A stretch of DNA of 64,000 bases from Catajapyx aquilonaris (taxonomy: Eukaryota), in contig KZ538515.1 in NCBI GenBank assembly GCA_000934665.2, positions 1 to 64,000 on the forward strand. The letters run 5' to 3'. Below the pieces are notes generated by a model that did no database searches, was not told the origin of the DNA, and saw only the letters and a program-made list of their open reading frames with translations. Below are positions 1 through 10,950 of this stretch, piece by piece. Numbering within the stretch: the first letter of the stretch is position 1; each line of letters opens with the position of its first letter. The position numbers and the translations under genes are program-made.

Positions 1-264
1 GGCCCCACATCCAGACATGTTCAGAAGTGTCCAAAGACCAATTGTGGCGAGTTTAATGTTTTTGTCACCCAATACAAGGTCCTAAAAGGATGCTGCACCT
101 GGTAGTTATGGAAACCCTGCGAAATGGACCACCACCGGGGTGGGTCATCGTGGCTCCACGTCCAGATATGATCAGAAGTGTCCAAAGGACAAGTGTACCG
201 AGTTTCATACTTTTGTCCCAAAATGCAAAGTTTGGGTCAAATTTGTCCCTTAGCACCTGGACTA
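1..264. repeat. Partial repeat with two diverged ~150-bp direct units (possible Helentron-type non-autonomous element, truncated by window edge)
   Basis: ggccccacatccagacatgttcagaagtgtccaaag (from 1) recurs as ggctccacgtccagatatgatcagaagtgtccaaag (from ~152), with further similarity downstream. The class assignment is a guess. Confidence 0.4.
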
Positions 265-584
265 TTAGATAAGTTTGGCTTTTTTAAAGCACAGAACTCT
301 ATAAAGAAGCCTACCTTCATATCCAGCAACGTAAGGTGTTCAAAACTTAAAAATAACTGTCACTATTACGCTTCCAATGTTCCTCGTTGTTTTGTTGTAA
401 AAAAATCTCCGTTATGAACATTTGCCAGTACCCTTAGATTCAAGGATTCAATTGTCACAATCGAGTCAAACCCTTCTTTCGGTACGTCTGGTAGACGGAG
501 ATCAGGAAATTGAGCCTTTCTGTACTGTGGCCTACTCTCGACTCTTCGGCTGGGAAATTAGAAAATTTTCCGTACTCCCCAACA

Positions 585-780
585 TGAACTTCGACTTAGG
601 GAGACTGAAAATGCATTTATATCTCATCGTAAGGCCCTGCCTGCACTTCGAGTTATAGAAATTCGAGTTAGGGAAGTTTATTTCACTATTATTTTACATT
701 GTGACCAACCAAGCTCGTCATTTTCTTCGACTTATAGAGAACTTCGACTTAGGGAAGTTCGACTTATAGAAGTTTTACTG
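585..780. mobile_element. Right end of a Tc1/mariner-pogo-like MITE
   Basis: Repeated subterminal TTCGA(C/G)TTA(T/G) motifs end in ...agttttactg|TA at 780-782, i.e. a CAGT-starting TIR plus TA. The left end was not found. Confidence 0.5.
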
Positions 781-1077
781 TATCTTCTCTCTTGGAAACC
801 GATGTGATCATGTCAACACATATTTAACTACTGCTTTTTATCAAGGTACTACGATACTATACTACTTTCTCAGGATACTGGGTCACTTGGCATTGGTGAA
901 GATTTTTTGCATGTGTTGTCTGAAGGAATTGCATTATTGGTTTCCCTTGCTCCAATTTTTTAATGGCCAGGAGTGATAGTGCATGTCAAAGCTAGGTCCT
1001 AGGACATTTTGTGATGAGTAGCAGGGTGGGGGGGATGAAGGCAGCAGATTGTCTGAAAATAGGTTGCACTGCTTATA

Positions 1078-1300
1078 ATGGGTGTTCCAAGTGGTACTTT
1101 CAGTTACAAGACATTTCACTGTAAGCGGTAATATTTTTTGTAGCTTGTCCCCCTAACCATGTGCCCTATTCTATTGAAACTGCTATACAAATATTCTACC
1201 ACTTGATAGCACCTGGATGAGGGTGCAACAAGCTACACAAAAATAACTAAGGGCAATATTAGCGATAACTAAAAATAACTCACGAACTTGGAACACCCTG
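1078..1300. mobile_element. Degenerate Tc1/mariner-type MITE (CAGGGTGTTCCAA TIR family)
   Basis: gggtgttccaagt at ~1080 and acttggaacaccctg|ta at 1286-1302. The same right end (ctcacgaatttggaacaccctgta) recurs at ~23803-23826. Confidence 0.55.
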
Positions 1301-1552
1301 TATAATCTTGCTCCGAATATGTTGGCGTTTACTTCTCCATATCAAGTGGATTGACTGGCTGCAGTGGAAGTGAGGTGACGTGGGCATAATAAAATTGAAC
1401 ACCATTCAAAGTGATGTTTTTAAAAGGTGCGAACGTGAACGTGAAATCGGGAGGGGACCAGAACTTGGCTTGATTTTGGGGTGACACGGAAGTTGAAGTG
1501 GGTGGCAAGGAAGGAGGGACAAATATGAGGGAGTTGAGTCTGTAGCCATTAA

Positions 1553-1814
1553 CCCTGGTACCGTGACATGCCTGAAAGTTACATTAACCGTGACGTGGGG
1601 TCTTTTAGGACCCCATCCATATTTTAATTTTGATTAATTTTTATATAATGTATTGACATTCTTTGAACAATGCCTAAAATGATCGCTAATTCAAAATAAA
1701 CATGCACTTCGTATTATATACCTTTAAAAATGGCAACAGTTCATTGTAATTATCATTTTAATGCATTTTAATTTTTTGGGGGTCCTAGAAAGACCCCACG
1801 TCACGGTTCCAGGG
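1553..1814. mobile_element. piggyBac-type MITE in OGT intron
   Basis: TTAA target duplication at 1549-1552 and 1815-1818. TIRs CCCTGG(T/A)ACCGTGAC, plus subterminal inverted ccgtgacgtggggtctt..taggacccc. The empty site (single TTAA at 5056-5059) is seen in the inverted paralogous copy. Confidence 0.9.
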
Positions 1815-2195
1815 TTAATATTGTGAATGACATTCAACTGCAGGAATTGTCCCGTATTTATGAATATTGTTTGCTACAATTGCCACTTATCATTAGAAAT
1901 CAAGAAGTATGGTGGAGCCATACACTATCAGGCAGGAGAACTATGCCATGTCATCAGTGGACAGAAAGGTTAAATTGGTTTGTGTTAAATGACATCATTG
2001 TTGGTGTTTACCATTTGCGGGACCTTTTGCAGGCCTACATCATTGCATGGGGTATCAATTATTATTATTATCATTATCATTCTTATTGGGGGAAGTAATG
2101 CTGCACAGCTGTACTGGAAAACACCATTCAAGTGAAAAATTTTAATCCACAAGGTGGTACTTGACATTTCCACTTTTTTCTTCCCGTTTTCTCAG

Positions 2196-2572
2196 ATAAT
2201 GAAGTGTGTGCCCCACTCCGTCCTGTGGCTTCTCCGCTTTCCGGCAGTGGGAGAGGCAAACCTGCAGCAGGCAGCCCAACAGATGGGCCTCCCACCAGGT
2301 CGCATTATCTTTAGTAACGTGGCAGCCAAGGAGGAGCATGTGAGGCGTGGCCAACTGGCTGACGTTTGCCTCGACACACCCCTCTGCAATGGGCACACCA
2401 CTTCCATGGACGTCCTGTGGGCAGGAACCCCTGTTGTTACCTTGCCTGGAGAGACACTAGCCTCCAGGGTAGCAGCTTCTCAGCTGGCCACCATTGGCTG
2501 CCCAGAGCTTGTGGCTGGGACCAGGCAGGAGTACGAGGACATTGCTGTCCGTCTGGGAAATGACCGGGAGTA
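2196..2572 (+). CDS. Ogt: O-GlcNAc transferase (OGT / super sex combs), penultimate coding exon, C-terminal catalytic lobe
   Basis: Pyrimidine tract and ctcAG acceptor end at 2195. Translation [23 protein letters not shown]...[56 protein letters not shown]...[14 protein letters not shown] matches the conserved OGT C-Cat sequence. The exon ends GAG TA|gtaagt (phase-2 donor), so the ORF-track stop at 2571-2573 is a split TA|C Tyr codon. Confidence 0.97.
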
Positions 2573-2792
2573 GTAAGTTTCAAGTTGCCTGCCATACTGT
2601 GTTAGGACCAGGGTATCATGAGTATTGGTTCAAGGGAATTAGGGTGGAATGCGGGTATGAATTTACGCCATGAAAAGGCACAGGGATGCAGTGGAAAGTA
2701 AACCTAAGTAATAAGGAATAAGAGAGAAACTTAACGTTCAAGGAAGTGTAATGTGTAATTTTCTGGAGATGCTTAGGTATTCGTCTCGAGTA

Positions 2793-2953
2793 CAGTGTTG
2801 GGCATTAATCGAAGCATGCTGCTAGCGACATTTTCTGAAGCGGCAGAAGAAGGAATCTTGCTCGCCCGGCTTGCACTATCCTTATCTTCGTTCCTTCATC
2901 TGCCGCTTCGGAAAATGTCGCTAGCAGCATACCTCGATTAATGTCTAACACTG
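2793..2953. mobile_element. Hairpin MITE (TA TSD) in last OGT intron
   Basis: TA|CAGTGTTGGGCATTAATCGAAGCATGCTGCTAGCGACATTTTC... pairs with ...GAAAATGTCGCTAGCAGCATACCTCGATTAATGTCTAACACTG|TA; arms are about 60 bp. Confidence 0.85.
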
Positions 2954-3401
2954 TACACCCAAGTTTTACCGTGGATATTTTTGGGGGAGGTCAGGGAGGG
3001 AATAAATGTCAAAAGAATTCTGGATGGAGATTATGCATGACAGGACCTGCCAGTTATGAGGTAGAGAAGTCACAATTGCAATATTTTAGGAGTTTTGTTT
3101 GTTAGAAATGAACTGAAGGGTGGTGGTATAGTGAACAATACAGGTGGTTAAAAATGGCTGGGATGTCCAAACAGTTTGAAAAGGAGTAAAGTAAACTCCA
3201 AACTGATACTTGGGACTACCATTTGAATACAGACTTTGTTTACATTGGCAGAGGGGGCCAATCCATCATCCTGATCATTTTCTGTTATCCTGGATTGTTA
3301 ACTTGGGAAGTGCACCACCAAGTATAATCATTGTCTTGTATTTTTTAGCCAGCTGTAATTCTATGGAATGAGTGTAAACATGTTGATCTTTTGTGTTCCA
3401 G

Positions 3402-3564
3402 CCTGAAGGCCATGAGGGCTAAGGTGTGGCGTTCCCGGATGACATGCCCCCTTTTTAATTGTAAGCAGTACGCAAGTGACCTGGAGAGGCTGTTCTTCCG
3501 TATGTGGGAGAGGTTTGCACATGGGGAGAAGCCTGATCACATAACAGACTGGCCCGAGCAGTAA
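3402..3564 (+). CDS. Ogt: OGT terminal coding exon
   Basis: Acceptor tcttttgtgttccAG ends at 3401, and C3402 completes TAC. Translation (Y)LKAMRAKVWRSRMTCPLFNCKQYASDLERLFFRMWERFAHGEKPDHITDWPEQ* matches the OGT C-terminus (YLK..R.KVW..R..SPLF...QY...LE.L...MWE.....KPDH). Stop TAA at 3562-3564. Confidence 0.95.
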
Positions 3565-4364
3565 AGCCAATGGGTGAAGATTGGTGTGGAATCAAGAATA
3601 ATGAAGATCTGTTTGTTTTTTTAAATGTAAATAGCGCAGCGGGGTTGGGCGAGTATTTTTACTTTTTGTTAAGCCTTTATCTTATGTTTGGTCCAAGTGC
3701 CAATTGCAACTCGCCCAAGATTCCCGTTCCATGAAATAATCTTCTGCAGACAAAGTGCCACCTATTTTTCAACCGATTACTTACTGGTTTGTAGCAAATT
3801 TTTGTTGAATCGTGATTTTGACATGGCACTGGCTGTAGAAAGCTGTACAACAAACCATTTGTAGTTTATTTTGTGGTCTTTAGTGCACTGGGAACCTTCT
3901 TCAATCATTGGCATAATTCATGCACTTAGGCTGTTTAGTGACAAGACTTTAAGGTGGAGTTGTAATTTTGTGAAGGTTTGAACAAGCACCTACAGGAAGT
4001 GCTTTTTTGGAGGAGCAAGTAAGGAGGGGTCCTGTTACAAGGAGTGTATGATTATGATGTCAAGCAGCGTACTTACGAGTAAAATGCCTGTAATATAAAG
4101 TGTGGAGCATTCGAGGCAGAGTGCTTGTGACTATTTTTTTTAAATCAAGACATGCTAGTCAGCTCTACCTGTTGTTTAGAGAGGTGAGAGTAGGTAAAGA
4201 TGTTTGAAACTCTCTATTTTATATCCTCTCTTTGCAGTGCACTTATTTTTCATTTACCACTATCAATAAAACATTATTTCTGTATAACTTGTAGAAGGCA
4301 GGTAGGAGTCCTGGTTGGTTTCGCTTTAGCTGTGTTTATTCAACTCTGAACTGGTCTGAATAAA
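3565..4364 (+). other. OGT 3' UTR with candidate polyadenylation signals
   Basis: AATAAA at 4265-4270 and 4359-4364, downstream of the stop. The true transcript end is not determinable from sequence. Confidence 0.55.
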
Positions 4365-4744
4365 GTGATGGCGCTCATAATTGCAGTTATTTGACGTTAA
4401 ACCCACCTTGAGCGTGGCACGCTCTTTGACACCTTTGACTCAGATATGCCTGAATGATTTTTTGTTTTAATTTTGTAAATATTTTTATGAGCAAATGTAC
4501 TCGCAACTAAAATCTTAACTGGTACATGTGTCCTATATACAGGACACTAGGCATATCTGTGTTGCTCCTATTTTGTGGAGGGAAGGGAAGGTTAGGGTGC
4601 CCTTACCTGGGATTCTCCTGCAGCTCTACCCAGGAGAACAGGTGAGCACCACTATTACCTATGGTTAGTGCGAGTGGACTTTGGTTGTGGCAGCACAAGT
4701 AGGTGTGGAAAAGGTAAGTTGGACTTCATACTGATGAGTATATC

Positions 4745-5096
4745 CATTATCTGAGAAACCGGGGAGAAAAAAGTGGAAATGTCAAGTACCACCATGTCGA
4801 TTAAACTTTTTCCCTTGAATGGTGTCCTCCAGGACAGCATGCACAGAATTACTTCCCCCAATAATAATAATAATGGATACCCAATGTAATGACGTAGGCC
4901 TGCAAAACCCCACTGATGCCATGCCAAATAGTTCTGCTGCCTGATAGTGCATGGCTCCACCATACTTCTTGATTTCTAATGATAAGTGGCAATTGTAGCA
5001 AACTATGTTCATAAAATAATGAGACAATCCCTGCAGTTGAATGTCATTCACAATATTAATGGCTACAGCATCCCTCATTTGTCCCTGCTTCCTTGC
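4745..5096 (-). repeat. Inverted, diverged duplicate of OGT intron and 3' splice site (source ~1505-2201, minus the piggyBac MITE and a ~60-bp segment)
   Basis: The reverse complement aligns with 1505-1552, 1819-1960 and ~2023-2201, ending ...tttctcag|ATAATG, 6 nt into the OGT exon. Confidence 0.92.
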
Positions 5097-6638
5097 ACTG
5101 GAAGATTTGACTGGAAATGGCAGAAACTGAACACAAAATGCAATTGTGTAATTCCAGCACTGAATCTGCCCAAAATCGAAACCAGGCTGGCCCCACGTGC
5201 GTCCGATTGAAGCACGTGGTTCGTTGCTCCAATTCATTGTTATTCCAGGTGGGCTGGTGACCTAATAGCGATGACCCACCTGTCTATGTCACGCATTTCC
5301 CTGGTATTTACTCTCCCCCCCCCNCCCCCCCCCCTTGCACTTGATTGAGGTAAGCAAATGGTACTTATTGTGTCAGTGTATAACGTAGAATTCAGAGCTT
5401 GACCTCCAGGGTGCCAACATAGTTTCCACAATAGGCGTTAATAGACTTGGGGGCTTGGGTAGATGTGCTATCAAGTTGGCAGCACTGAAACGGATTTCTC
5501 GTACGGAATTTCGTGCCTCTACATTTTTGTTTTGTTCTGTGTCCATTGAATCAGTTCTTGTGATTATGGCCTGCAGGCTGAGCTGTCCATTGTCGACCGC
5601 TGCCGACCTCTTCGTCTGGCAGAGCAAAAAGGAAATTGTGAAAGAACGTCGGTGGGATGGGAGGGGGGGGGGGGGGGGTTGAAGGGGGTAATCTGGGTAA
5701 TGTATCAGCGTTTTAATCGGCTGCCGTGTCTTNGGGGGGGGGAAGAATCGATACTGCAGTTTTCTGGGGATATACTCACCCAGAGTAGCAAGTTTGCTCC
5801 AATCTTAAATGGTGTTTCATTACCACCTGTCTGGTGCACATTGTAAATAACTACAATGTTTTATGACTATCTTATTTGAGATATGAGCGCTTCCCGCTCC
5901 TAATGCCAAATGAATTTAAAAATTTCGAGATATTGCATTGTGGGCGGTAGAGTGTACGATATTTGAGACAAAAAATGCGAGGTTTTATAACCTCAAATAA
6001 TTTGCATTAGGCTTTGCTGATATGCATATATGGTAGGGTTACCAGCTGCGTGCACCTAATTTTTAGTAATTTTTAGGAAAAAATTATATTTTAATTTCCT
6101 TGTGCGTGACACAGCTGAATATTTTTGACCGGATATATAGTGTAAGCATTATTGTACTCTACATACCGGTTTACTTGCTCATCGACGTTTGTGCAATGCA
6201 ATTTGCTCTATCTTCAGTTCTGAAATTATTGGGGGTTAGTGATGAAATTATCACGACTTTGTGCCTGAACACTGAAGGTATTTAATGTAGGCTAATTGTT
6301 AAATAATTACAACCCCTAATGTAATACAGTATATGTAGTCAGACTTTTCCATGTGTCTGACTCGTCACAATAGTAGGCTACAATATTTACAGATTTTCTA
6401 ATATTAGCGTCAATATTCCATTAGTATACAGCAATTGCTGCTTTTGATACCAGAATGTCTAATTTCTGAACAATTAATAGTGTGATGACCACCTGGAAGT
6501 GGAGCAACCAAAATTGTATACTCCTATGATATATCATAAGGCAAAGGCGCCCCCCTCCCCTCACACACACACACCGCTTTATTTGAATGCGACCCACTCA
6601 GGATCACCCCCGGGCCCCGGTGACAACTGAGTGCGATA

Positions 6639-7882
6639 ATGGACTTGGATAGAATTGTCATCCTTGATTATGATAACACTATGGAAAATAATATTTTGTC
6701 CACGGAAATTCATTGCTATGTTTCCATGTTCCTTAGGTCACTCGTAACTCATAGTGACCATTCATTTTGTCATCGATTTTTTTTTACCTCGTGGCAGTCA
6801 AAAGCCCAAAATCCTCAGGGGTATCCTAGGGGTTTTTCCCAATCAAGTGGACCTAAATGTTGCTAGAACCTCTCGGATTTTACTGGAAAAAATCTCAGCT
6901 GTACACACCTATGTCATAACAGTGCATATCAAGTTTCGGCAAAATTGCGAAATACCTTGGGGAGAAAAAAAAATCGTGAAAATTTGGGAATTTGGCCCTT
7001 TTTGGATATTTTTTTCGGTTATTGGAAGTGGTTAAAACCCATTCAACATAATTATACATCAAATGAAAGAGAAACACGAGGAGAATGTGTCTATGGTATT
7101 TGCTTTCCTCTGAAATGTATACCCAGAAAAATGTGTGTGGCATTCGGTCGGTTACATGTCCAAGAATTTGGGCCCTTGAAAATTAATAGTAATTCTGCAA
7201 AACATATCTATTATTTTCTCGAGAGCTATGCATGACCCAGTATTGAAACTGAACATATTACATCTTGTACGGGTCACAACGCCTGTCACCAAATATGGTT
7301 GTTCTTACGCCAACACATCACTAATTGTTGGGGTCAAAATACTTGGACATATGAGCATATGACCGATGGAATACCACACACGTTTTTCTATGGTTACATT
7401 TTCGAGGAAAACAAATACCATAGGCGCATTCTCCTCGTGTTTCTTTTTCATCTGATGTAACTTATATTCTGATTGGGTTTTGACTACTTCCACTAACCGA
7501 AGAAAATTATCACAAAAAAAGGCCCCATTTCCAAATTTTCGCGATTTTTTCCCTCCCCACGGTATTTCGCAATGTGGATGAAACTTGATATGCAGTGTTA
7601 TGACATAGGTCTGTACAGCTGTGATTTGTTTCATAAAAATCCGAAATGGTCTAGCAACATTTAGGCCCACTTTATTGGGAAAAACCCCTACATTTTGGAA
7701 GATTTTGGTTTTTTTACTGCCCCGAGGTCAAAAACAATAATATTGCAGACAAAATGAATGGTCATTATGAGTTACCGGTACAAGTGACCTAATAAGGAAC
7801 ATGGAAATGGCGATGAATTTATATGGACAGACAAAAGTTGATTTTTGTTGCATAGTATAATTGCGAATTGCCTTCAGTCCAT
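6639..7882. mobile_element. Foldback-type element with ~550-bp diverged inverted arms
   Basis: Arm 6639-~7190 is the reverse complement of ~7320-7882 (e.g. aaacacgaggagaatgtgtctatggtatttg vs caaataccataggcgcattctcctcgtgttt), with a ~130-bp spacer. No coding capacity. Confidence 0.8.
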
Positions 7883-10264
7883 GGTATATGACAAGTCCGC
7901 ATCATTAGGACCACTGGGTCGCACTCAGTTATCGCAGTGGTTTATCGGAATGGGCCCATTCAGATCTGCCGTATGTTGTAGGAAATTACTATTGCGTATC
8001 CGTGCTGCCCTAGCTGTTTTACCCGATGGTAAAACAGGGCACGGATACGCAATAGTCATCATTTCCCTCTTTGCCCCTATTTGACAAGTACAATTAATTA
8101 TGTGCTCTTGGCCAGACGTTTTTTGACCTCTCCACGTCTCGACGTCTGCTGGTGTTTTTGTCCGGGTCCAGGTGCTGCTGTTGTGACGCACACCCACTGT
8201 CATCTAGCTCTCCCAGATATTAGGTAACGTTGTCTGTTGAGATGGAAAATATTGCCGGGACACCCATAAAATGAGATTAGATCCTGCAGAGAACCATTTG
8301 AGTCGTGTCCTTCAACAATAGCCAGCAGTATGATTCTTGCGACGACAGGTCTGCATGTCTTCTGGCAGTGTGAGTACAGTACATCATTCACTTGTTTATG
8401 GTGGGTTTTTGGAAAGACAGCTACCAAGATGGCCATATACTAGTGGTCAATCAAGTAGAACTGTAGTAAAAAGCTACTTGTAGTTTGTGGGGGGGGGGGG
8501 GGGATAAGTGGCCTTAAACCACAGGATTGATACATTTCTTGCTGGTCAATTTTTATTGCATTTTTCAAGGGTTAAACAAATATTACGATACCTGTAGTGA
8601 GAAGTATTTCCTTGTAAATATCTGCACCTTCAGATTGGTGCCGGCGGGAACTGCGAACTACGTATTATCCAGATCCTACAGCAGTGAGAAATGTAGGAGT
8701 AATGCATAATAAATAAGACGACTACTATGAACGACGTAGGCTACACGTCAATGAAACTGTGTCAATGGACATTCCGACATGGGTCTTACCGTCATTAGTA
8801 CCAGAAGCTCAATGAAAAGGGTGCACTGGCAGAATGAAACGGCGAAGCAAAACATACTACACGTAGTGCGACGGCACATGTAGTGGACGCAATATTTTGG
8901 TACAATATGCCATACTGATGCTCAGACGGGATTTTCTTTGTGACACTTATATTCTGCGTGTCATTCTGTACCTGATTCTGTGTCAGTACGGTTCCTACCG
9001 GATAGTCCATGACACATGACATCTACTCATTTGACGGTTGGTCACGAGCCATTTCGTACCCCTACATGCCCGTCATGTTTTGGGTCAAAGAAACTAATGC
9101 TGGTCAAAATTCATCTTTTTTACGCCTGGTCTATACTATGAACCTTGGAGACGATAACATAGGTAGTCTATAATTATTACACGATCAGGTAAATAGAATC
9201 TATGTTCGGTTTATGAATGAAATAATGTGAATGCAGAACATCGACTATGACAACAATGAATAAGGAGTCCATTGTAAGTGTCAACCCCCACATCTCCATG
9301 TCTTACCACGCCCTCTTTTTTTGCCTGCTCCAGAAGCGTTACGGGTATCGTAATAGGCTCTGTGTTGATGTAAAATTGTGTACTGTCACAAAATATGACA
9401 AAACTGTAGTGGGGCAAAACTTGGATGCCATATAAGCGGTGGGTATGTGCCTCATGGTTACAATATTCTTAGGGAGTGGGAGCTACGGCAACACATGGCC
9501 CACTACACACTTATGAATTAATTAATAGTGAGGCCTTCGCGATTTCATACCTCTACATTTTCGACTTGATTTGACTCTCAGTATTACCTCGCAATGGAAT
9601 AATTATTGTGCAGTATGACGTGACAGAGTCGCGTCATGACGTCAGGGACATTGCAGTTGGACGTCGTGAATTAATATCTCGAGCTGTAATTAACAAGTAG
9701 GAAAAGATGTAGAAGTAAAAAATGTCCCAATATAGCAAAAACGTCATGAACATACATAAGAAATGAAAACAATAATAATGTTACCCAACAACAGGAGAAG
9801 CTCTGGCCACAACCACACACTAATATGAAACTTTGGCTCTATTATATCCTTGCATACCGCAGAATAGCTCCAAGCTAGTATCACACCGTGTGTACATACC
9901 TCTGCCCCACATTTTGTGCCTCTAGTCACATTTGGGCCTCTTTAATAGTTCACGATCCACACCAGATTTTTAGGCCGGATCCACACCATCGCCCTTTAGG
10001 CTGGCTTTAACATGAGAACACAGAGCAGAGGGGAAACAGATGACTCTAAACGAGCGAATTCAGCTGTATCCAACATCCACTTGAAATCAGCAAGACGGTA
10101 TTATATGGACCTATCATGACATCATGAACATGCTGAAAGCCATGTGAGTAACTCATAACTCGTCCTAAAATAAACATATCGAAAAATGAGTAGACGACAA
10201 TAATGTTCAAAGTCACAAACTACATAAGAATTCTTTGAAACTCAGCACCTGAATCCAAAGTAAC

Positions 10265-10950
10265 ACGAGGTAAAAGCACATGCCCTATCGACATGCGCGT
10301 TTTGGAGCCAGAGCTGCTGAGAGCAGGCCGCATTTGGCAGTCGGTTCCCTTAGAGGCTGGTAGACAGTTGTGGTGTAAGAAACGTCCTCTGCAGTAATCA
10401 GATTAATGCAGGATAATCATCCACATTGTCGGATTTAACAACACTTGCCAAAAGTCCTGTTCTTGTATCCTTTTGGTGTATGCATCGTGACCGCGTCTTA
10501 TCAAGGTAAATTTTACTCCACTGAATTCGCTGAATGTTGTCCATTCAACAGAGCATCTTCCATAGTGTGTTGTTGCGCCCCATTTGCGTGTAATGTTCGA
10601 ATAGTGACTTAGGTATAAAGTAGGGATACCATGTTGGGCATATGACCAACCTGTGGCATACAACAAATCCTGGCTGCAGCCAGTAGGATTGCTTTATTTG
10701 GACCATGTGAAAGCAGGGAACCTTTTCAAGAAACACGGTTCTCCCAAAGTACAACAAAAAGGCTGTTTGTTGTTGCTCATTGTTCAAATTGATACTGAGC
10801 TATCTCTTCATTGTTGTGACGGGAGTTTCTTACCCCCACGACTGTCTACCAGGCTCGAAGAGAGCCGACTGCCAAGTTCAGGGTTGTGCTCCCAAAACCA
10901 TACGCGCCCAGGACAGCGCATGCCGACAGAGCATGTGCCTTTACCCCGTA
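10265..10950. repeat. Diverged ~120-bp inverted repeat pair (10265-10383 / 10825-10950)
   Basis: ttggcagtcggttcccttagaggctggtagacagttgtggtgtaagaaac is matched by the reverse complement of 10825-10875. The outer part taaaagcacatgccctatcgacatgcgc is matched by the reverse complement of ~10915-10945. Confidence 0.65.

Noticed and set aside
585..780. CRISPR-like short repeats (TTCGACTTA...)
   Set aside because: The context is eukaryotic, spacing is irregular and no cas genes are present. They fit MITE subterminal repeats.
2154..2195. N-terminal [14 protein letters not shown] of the 139-aa ORF, and the similar peptide in ORF 4655..4963
   Set aside because: This is translated intronic polypyrimidine tract. 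The second copy comes from the inverted duplication, not a paralogous gene.
3546..3551. miR-14 6-mer seed match (AGACTG) near the OGT stop codon
   Set aside because: It is a single weak site inside the CDS, expected by chance. I saw no stronger site in the 3' UTR.
4715..4765. Possible hammerhead ribozyme (CTGATGA...GAAAC)
   Set aside because: Stem II lacks the G-C closing pair and stem I does not abut the core. Other CTGA(T/A)GA hits (e.g. ~63279) also lack the required stems.
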